A stretch of 54,405 bases of DNA, taken from an uncultured Treponema sp. GTDB taxonomy: Bacteria; Spirochaetota; Spirochaetia; Treponematales; Treponemataceae. The notes under the pieces are model-generated. The model was given only the letters and a program-made list of their open reading frames with translations. It had not been told where the DNA came from and did not search any database. Positions 48,598-54,405 of this stretch are shown piece after piece (the first letter of the stretch is position 1; each line of letters opens with the position of its first letter). The translations under genes and the position numbers were made by a program. The stretch covers positions 1-54,405 of the forward strand of contig CAMNBC010000001.1 of the NCBI GenBank assembly GCA_946532115.1. Direction: 5' to 3'.

Positions 48598-48625
48598 TTA
48601 TCGGCCAATAAGTTCTGTTTATTAA
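48598..48625 (-). promoter_or_regulatory. Sigma28-like promoter, leaderless geometry
   Basis: Minus strand TTAA-N16-GCCGATAA-N7-ATG. Confidence 0.55.
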
Positions 48626-48656
48626 ATTTCTTCAAAATGATATTATACTGCCCGTT

Positions 48657-49136
48657 ATGGCTGAATGTTTTTATAAAGATGGACTTCATTTTGAATGTCA
48701 ACGCTGCTCTTACTGCTGCGGACACTCACCAGGATTCGTATATCTTTCTAAGCGGGATTTAATGACTCTTTGCGGGCATTTTAAGATGTCTGTAGGCGAT
48801 TTTGTTGCAAAATACTGCCGCTGGGCCGACTATTATTATGGCACCCAAGTTCTCTCTCTTCAGGAAAAGAAAAACTACGACTGCATTCTCTGGGAAAATG
48901 GCTGCTCGACCTACGAAGCCCGCCCAATCCAGTGCTCAACCTACCCTTTCTGGTCCTGGATGATTGCCGATAAGGCAACCTGGGATGAATGTGCCGCAGA
49001 ATGCCCCGGAATGAACAAAGGCCGCGTCTGGCCTTACGAGGAAATTGAAGCCAACAAAAAAGCCTATGTTGAAAACGAACCTCTTCACAAGGAAGAGGTT
49101 GAAGCCTTAATTGCTGCCGAGAAAAAGAGTGTTTAG
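48657..49136 (+). CDS. YkgJ family cysteine-cluster (CxxCxxCC) protein
   Basis: FECQRCSYCC, CILW..GCSTYEARPIQCSTYPFW, CPG. Confidence 0.88.
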   Translation: MAECFYKDGLHFECQRCSYCCGHSPGFVYLSKRDLMTLCGHFKMSVGDFVAKYCRWADYYYGTQVLSLQEKKNYDCILWENGCSTYEARPIQCSTYPFWSWMIADKATWDECAAECPGMNKGRVWPYEEIEANKKAYVENEPLHKEEVEALIAAEKKSV

Positions 49137-51752
49137 CGGTGCTGCAAGGCGGGCTGAATCAGACCATCTTGCGGCAGAAAAATCTATTCTCAAGCCATCT
49201 TTTCCCTTTGTAAGTGATTCAGGGATTTCAAAAATCTTAAAGAACTTTTCTTCCGAACCGTCGCAGGAAAGAATGTAATCCGCAATAAGAGTATCTGTTT
49301 CGACTGCCTTTATGATAATTCGCTTGCCGTTATCTTCGCGGAGGAAGTTACACTGAAGGAAGTTTTTCTTGTCCGGCATAACCTTGCAGACGTAAGAGAA
49401 GCTGCCTTTATCCTTTGCATAGCGGGTAAGTTCGCCTGCATTGCCGACAGAGCCGCTGCCAGTTTCCTGCATGTATGGGGCAGTAGTTTCGTTTCCTTCT
49501 GTCTGGGCTCCGTAGCCTACACCAATACCTTCAATGAAAGTATATTTTGCCAGCTCTTTTTCTGCGTCGTCCGCTTCTGTCTGCTTTGGCAGCTCTGTAA
49601 CGTAAAGCCAGTAAATACCATAACGCTGATTGTTGATGAGATAGTACGGCGAGAACTTGAGGTCACCGTCTTCACCCCATTCAATATCATGCAGAATAAA
49701 ATTCATTGTGCCAGGCTCCCGCACAAAGTGCGAGTTAATATCCTCAAGAAAGGCCTCTGTACTGTCTGCATTTTTGATTTTGATGTATTCAGAAGCCAGC
49801 GGCTTAAGGTTATTTGTACCGCCGTAGTTGCCGTTGAGTGGGATTTCGATTCCGCGGATAATTTTGTTTGCACAAACATCGCACTGCACTCCAACCTGGC
49901 GCAGCTTCATTTTGTCGTCGCTACCGAGTTCTGCTGCAAGAACTACCGGGCCGTATTTAAAGGCAGCGGCATTCGGATTATCCGGCAGGGTGTAAGCTCT
50001 GATTTCCATTGGAAGGGTCAGGGAAATGGTGTCGCCAGCCTGCCACTTTCTGCAGATGAGCATGTAGCCTTCCTGTTCAGAGAATTCTTTTTTATCAACC
50101 TCTGTATCATTTATCAAAAGAGCCGCCTGCCCACAGCACCATTCAGGAATGCGAAGAGCCAGTGTAAAATCAGAAGCGGGCTCCCCTTCCAAAGCCTCCA
50201 CAGTAAAAGTCACCGCCTCCCCCATCGGGATGTCTGATTTCTGACTCAGCTTTATTCCGCGAGCCTTCCAGTTTACAGTCGAACTGAAATACTGGTTCAC
50301 AATCAAAGTCGCATTTTCATCATCATAAAAATAAAAACTGTCGCCGAGCTTGGTAAAGTTTTCAAGGCCGGTTCCCGTACAGCACCAGAAATAGTTTTTG
50401 TTTACATCGGGATTGCAGTAGGTCTTAAAACAGCCCGTAGCCATAGGCTGAAAGTAAGTTGTCATACCGGTTTCTCGGTTTACGGAAGCTAGAATAGAAT
50501 TGATAAAGGTGTTCTCATAATAGTCTGCGTACTTGCGTTCGCCTGTCAGCATAAAAAGGGCACGGGTAAGCTTAAGCATATTGTGAACATTACAAGTCTC
50601 GCAGTTTGTATTACTGCGCTCGGCATCAAGAATATCATCCTTGCCAAAATGCTCGCACTCGCTGTTACCTCCGGTAATGTAGGTGTGATGCTGAGTAACC
50701 AGATTCCAGAAAGCCTTGCAGTATTCAAGATACTGCTTCTGTTCTGCTTCAGTTACGGGGTCGCCTTCTTCCTTCAAAGTAAGGCAGCGATTCACTGCGC
50801 CAACAAACTTTGGAATAGTTGTGTTTGCATGGCGGTTATTCAAAATGTTGGCATCTTTTCCTTTTACCAGAGGCGCAGTCAGAATCTCCTTAAAAAGATA
50901 TTCTTCGTCAAAGGTGTGAGCCACTTTCTTAAAATGGTCTGCCTGTGCATAGCCTGCTGCCTTCGCGCATTTATAAAGCTCGTAAAGACAGTCGTTCATT
51001 CCGCCGTATTCAACAGACAGTACGCGCTTTCTTGTTTCCTCATTCCAGCGGGAAGTTCGCTCGTACATCCATTCGCCAAGCTTTTCGGCAATATCCAGGG
51101 CCTGCTCAGCCGTCTGGCCACCCGCAAGCTTAGCTGTCTCCACAAGGCCGTTCATCAGTTTGTGCATTGTATACCATGGTACCCAGGTATCAGCCTGATT
51201 TCCCGCCTCAAGCTTATCAAACTGAAGCTCAGGCTTTGCAGGGTCTGCCATTGTGGCGCCAAAGATAAAGCCTTGCTTGCAGCGGTCGTCGCGCCCACTT
51301 GCTGCCTGACATTCTGAAAGACCATTAATCAACAAAGCAAGACGTTCGCACAGAGCAAGACCATCCCGCCCCTTGCATTCACCATAGCCACTAGCAATTC
51401 CCTGTGCCGCAGCCGCAAGATAGTGCCCCAAAGTATGTCCGCCGATTCGTGTGTTTTCCCAGCCGCTATACGGAGCTTTGGCTTTGTTCGGCAGCCCTGC
51501 TGTGAGCCGGAAATTATACAAAAGCCGGTCAACATCAAAAGTGTTCAAAAAATCAACATCCTTTTGAGTTACATCAAGAAAATATTCATCTTCAAGCTTT
51601 ACATCAGCCAGACTGAAAGCCTTTATATTAGTTAAACGTTTAACTTCTAAATCAAAATTTTTACTCATTTTTCTTTCTCCTTGCACGCATCCAGTTGCCA
51701 GCGCAATTATACCCGCTGCAACAATCATAGTTTTAATTTTCAGGGATTTCAT
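49107..51752 (-). CDS. GH127/GH146 beta-L-arabinofuranosidase-like lipoprotein
   Basis: Lipobox LATGC; GHTLGHYL, PWYTMHK, EYGGMND, HANT, ETCNVHNMLKL, FWCCTGTG, LRIPEW, YGPVVLA. Confidence 0.88.
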   Translation of the reverse strand: MKSLKIKTMIVAAGIIALATGCVQGERKMSKNFDLEVKRLTNIKAFSLADVKLEDEYFLDVTQKDVDFLNTFDVDRLLYNFRLTAGLPNKAKAPYSGWENTRIGGHTLGHYLAAAAQGIASGYGECKGRDGLALCERLALLINGLSECQAASGRDDRCKQGFIFGATMADPAKPELQFDKLEAGNQADTWVPWYTMHKLMNGLVETAKLAGGQTAEQALDIAEKLGEWMYERTSRWNEETRKRVLSVEYGGMNDCLYELYKCAKAAGYAQADHFKKVAHTFDEEYLFKEILTAPLVKGKDANILNNRHANTTIPKFVGAVNRCLTLKEEGDPVTEAEQKQYLEYCKAFWNLVTQHHTYITGGNSECEHFGKDDILDAERSNTNCETCNVHNMLKLTRALFMLTGERKYADYYENTFINSILASVNRETGMTTYFQPMATGCFKTYCNPDVNKNYFWCCTGTGLENFTKLGDSFYFYDDENATLIVNQYFSSTVNWKARGIKLSQKSDIPMGEAVTFTVEALEGEPASDFTLALRIPEWCCGQAALLINDTEVDKKEFSEQEGYMLICRKWQAGDTISLTLPMEIRAYTLPDNPNAAAFKYGPVVLAAELGSDDKMKLRQVGVQCDVCANKIIRGIEIPLNGNYGGTNNLKPLASEYIKIKNADSTEAFLEDINSHFVREPGTMNFILHDIEWGEDGDLKFSPYYLINNQRYGIYWLYVTELPKQTEADDAEKELAKYTFIEGIGVGYGAQTEGNETTAPYMQETGSGSVGNAGELTRYAKDKGSFSYVCKVMPDKKNFLQCNFLREDNGKRIIIKAVETDTLIADYILSCDGSEEKFFKIFEIPESLTKGKDGLRIDFSAARWSDSARLAAPLNTLFLGSN

Positions 51753-51915
51753 CTAATACATTATAGGTTTCTTACAGCAAGTTCAACCATCAAGTTTTTT
51801 ACTCATTCACCAGGTCAAACGCATTATAAAGCATCATTGAAAAAAAATCTGGCTCCCGGTCGTGATTCATAGGGCAAAACCGCGCAATAATGCAGTTACC
51901 TTAATTCATCTACCA

Positions 51916-53247
51916 TTAAATCTTTTTCTTCATATAAATATAGCGCAACCAGGCTGTAAGTCCGCTTAAGAACCATACGATTCCAACCGACCACCAGATG
52001 CCCCAGACGCCAATCAGCGGAATTGCGACTAATATCACCGGCACAACAAAGCGGCCAACAACTTCGGTCACACCATTAATCAGGGCAAAGGTTGCGTCGC
52101 CGATTCCGTTGAGAACTCCGCGCACAACATAAATCACGCCAAGGAAGATGTAGAACCAGCTAGTAATTCTCAGGGCCTTAGCACCCATCTCAATTACCTC
52201 AGGCTCCTTTACAAAAAGACGGGTAATCGGGCTTCCGAAAATCTGAATCAGCGGTATCATCAGCACTGTGAAAATTGCCATCATCACCATACTCTTGCGA
52301 TAGCCCTCGATAATGCGGTCGTGTTTTTTTGCACCATAGTTCTGGCCCGTATAAGTTGAAAGAGCCGTTCCAAGAGTTCCGTAAGGCTGATGAATCAGCT
52401 GTTCCACACGGCTGGTCGCAGTAAAGGCCGCAACCGCCACAGGACCAAAGGAATTTACAACGCGCTGCAATGCCATGCAGGAAATCGCAATCAGCGAAAA
52501 CTGAAGGGAAAGCGGCACACCAAGCTTTATGCAACGGCCAATAATCACCGGATTTACCCGCCAGTCTGCCCGAGCCAGCTTAAAATATGAATTAGTCTTA
52601 AAAGCAAAAACAAGACAGAGAATACCGCAGACCATGTTGGAAATCAAAGTCGCCACGCCGGCACCCCAAACTCCAAGCTTAAGATTGTAAACAAAAATCA
52701 CATCCAGCACACCATTGAGAATGCAGGAGAAAATCAAAAAATAAAGAGGAGTTTTAGAGTCGCCCAGAGCGCGCAGCATGGAAGAAGCAAAATTGTAAAC
52801 CGAAATCATCACCATGCAGACGCACATAATCTGCATGTAAACTTTGGCATCCGCCATGATAGAATCCGGAGTATTTAGAAGATGCAGAATCGGGCCGGCA
52901 GTAAAAAATGCAATCGCACCAATCGTAGTCGGAATCACCAGCATGATGTAGGCAGTGTTTGCAATACAGTTTTTTACCTTGTCGGTACAACCCTCACCAA
53001 AAAAGTGAGAAGTAACAATTCCGCCACCCGCGCCAATTCCGTTACAAAGAGCAAAAAAGAAAAAAGTGATTGAACCGGTCGCACCAATGGCCGCCAGAGC
53101 ATCAGCCCCGACAAACTGACCAACAATCACCGAATCCACAAGATTATAAAGCTGCTGAAAAATATTCCCAATCAGCATCGGCACCGAAAAAGCCAGCAGC
53201 AGACGGACAGGACTACCCTCCGTCATATTTACAGTATTTTCCTTCAT
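51916..53247 (-). CDS. MATE family efflux transporter
   Basis: PMLIGNIFQQLYNLVDSVIVG, LRALGDSKTPL, GQNYGA; about 12 TM. Confidence 0.93.
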   Translation of the reverse strand: MKENTVNMTEGSPVRLLLAFSVPMLIGNIFQQLYNLVDSVIVGQFVGADALAAIGATGSITFFFFALCNGIGAGGGIVTSHFFGEGCTDKVKNCIANTAYIMLVIPTTIGAIAFFTAGPILHLLNTPDSIMADAKVYMQIMCVCMVMISVYNFASSMLRALGDSKTPLYFLIFSCILNGVLDVIFVYNLKLGVWGAGVATLISNMVCGILCLVFAFKTNSYFKLARADWRVNPVIIGRCIKLGVPLSLQFSLIAISCMALQRVVNSFGPVAVAAFTATSRVEQLIHQPYGTLGTALSTYTGQNYGAKKHDRIIEGYRKSMVMMAIFTVLMIPLIQIFGSPITRLFVKEPEVIEMGAKALRITSWFYIFLGVIYVVRGVLNGIGDATFALINGVTEVVGRFVVPVILVAIPLIGVWGIWWSVGIVWFLSGLTAWLRYIYMKKKI

Positions 53248-53325
53248 ACGGGATTTGATTATAACGAGTCGCCACGCCCTGAAATTGTATGATTATATCA
53301 AAAAATATGTAAGAAATGCCCCACG

Positions 53326-54255
53326 CTAGACCTCCAACATTTCAGAAACGGAAGACTGTTCACGAATCTTCTCTTTGACTCTTTCCATGCAGGCCACAAC
53401 CTCTTCCTTTGGGATTGTACAGAAAAGTGACACAAGGTAGGTGTCCAGCTGCTTGCCTTCTACCCGCTTCAAAATTTCAATAGCTTCTTCGTGGGACTTT
53501 CCCGGCTTATAAGAGCGGGCCATTGTAATTGCAGAATAAGTGTCGGCAACGGAAATTATGCGGGCAGCAAAAGGAATCTTGTCGCCTGGAATACCAAAAT
53601 ATCCCGAGCCGTCAATACGCTCGTGGTGATACAAAATCCATTCCTTAATTAATTCAAAAGATTTAAGGGGGCGCAGAATCTGGACAGAAAGCTCCGGGTG
53701 ACGGCGCATTACATTCCATTCTTCTGGATTAAGAGAGGCAGGTTTATTCAAAATTGCTTCAGGAACACCAAGTTTACCCACATCATGAAAAAGGGCCGCA
53801 TACTTAAGGTTTTCTTCATTGATTCTGCGCTTAAAGCCGGCCGGAAGATTATTATAAATCAAAAGAGCAAGTTCCTGAACATGCAGACTGTGACCATTCA
53901 GGTTAGGATCGCGGGCTTCAACAATTCCAATCAGAGTTTCAGAAATAGAAAAAGCTGATTCTCTGATTTCTTTTGTAAGCGTATTTATCCAGAGCAGAAC
54001 AGTTGTAACAAAAACCGCACCGGCAAATAAAAGAATTCCAACCCAGACAGTTTGAACCTTTACAAAAAATATAATCAGATAAACTATACAGAAAAGCAGA
54101 ACCATACCTAAAATCAAAAAATCAAGGAAACTTCCTGCCTTTCTGCTTGCAGTTACATGGGTCCTTTTTGTAAGGATAAAGCGGATATCTATAATCAGAT
54201 TAAAGATTTGTAAAACAAATCCCAGCAGAATCAAGGTCTGCCCTAAAATGAACAT
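53326..54255 (-). CDS. Membrane-anchored HD-GYP phosphodiesterase
   Basis: Three N-terminal TM; GHSLHV, FHDVGK, HHERIDGSGY, VADTY, RSYK with metal ligands intact. Confidence 0.88.
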   Translation of the reverse strand: MFILGQTLILLGFVLQIFNLIIDIRFILTKRTHVTASRKAGSFLDFLILGMVLLFCIVYLIIFFVKVQTVWVGILLFAGAVFVTTVLLWINTLTKEIRESAFSISETLIGIVEARDPNLNGHSLHVQELALLIYNNLPAGFKRRINEENLKYAALFHDVGKLGVPEAILNKPASLNPEEWNVMRRHPELSVQILRPLKSFELIKEWILYHHERIDGSGYFGIPGDKIPFAARIISVADTYSAITMARSYKPGKSHEEAIEILKRVEGKQLDTYLVSLFCTIPKEEVVACMERVKEKIREQSSVSEMLEV

Positions 54256-54297
54256 AAATCAAGTCTAATACAAAAGCATTAAAAGTCAAGCGGAAGA

Positions 54298-54317
54298 TGT
54301 CAAGCACGGGAATGACA
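54298..54317 (-). repeat. Truncated CGTC-type REP half element
   Basis: Minus strand TGTCATTCCCGTGCTTGACA has the same YGTCAT head as 12549 and 23041; the second arm is missing. Confidence 0.4.
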
Positions 54318-54368
54318 CTATTGTTTTTGAAAATGACAAATCTTCAGTAATACAGTATAATTTAAGAA

Positions 54369-54405
54369 ATGAAGCCTCAATCAAATACAACAAAGGGAAT
54401 TTTCT
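54369..54405 (+). CDS. 5' end of a CDS running off the window (MKPQSNTTKGIF...)
   Basis: ATGACA-17-TATAAT then ATG 7 nt later; open to the window edge. Confidence 0.45.
   Translation, partial: MKPQSNTTKGIF

Noticed and set aside
835-51317. Long antisense or shadow ORFs such as 835-1542, 20726-21373, 49689-50237 and 50583-51317
   Set aside because: Fully nested opposite well-supported genes, with no motifs or translation signals
51869-51900. c-di-GMP-I riboswitch fragment (AGGGCAAAACC...GTTACC)
   Set aside because: Too short, lacks the GNRA hairpin and receptor stem, and is antisense to both flanking genes

Overview
A gene-dense, AT-rich chromosomal window that looks like a host- or rumen-associated Treponema (inferred from protein styles and spirochaete-type envelope proteins). 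It holds about 39 CDS and one tRNA(CAT), probably Ile2. Housekeeping genes include purO-type IMP cyclohydrolase, glmS, mnmE, cobB, RNA methyltransferases and an acyl-CoA synthetase. There are four plant-cell-wall glycoside hydrolases (GH10, GH43, GH9, GH127/146), an ArsR-CadA metal-efflux operon, a SpoIIE/RsbW/STAS partner-switch module and four c-di-GMP-domain genes. No transposase, integrase, CRISPR array or rRNA is present. The most notable observations are: (1) a sigma28-like-promoter operon encoding a 2015-aa Ig-repeat protein with a C-terminal beta-barrel-like end, a helical plus beta-barrel-like protein, and an inner-membrane protein with a degenerate HD-GYP domain, a candidate trans-envelope c-di-GMP signalling or adhesion system; (2) two unrelated palindromic REP-like elements inserted in frame in mnmE, one with a covarying intergenic sibling; (3) a structured 147-bp element bounded by a 22-bp duplication of the tRNA 3' end; (4) a recurring TAAA-N16-GCCGATAA promoter on non-flagellar envelope genes; (5) many apparently leaderless genes. 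All calls come from reading motifs by eye; no database searches were run.
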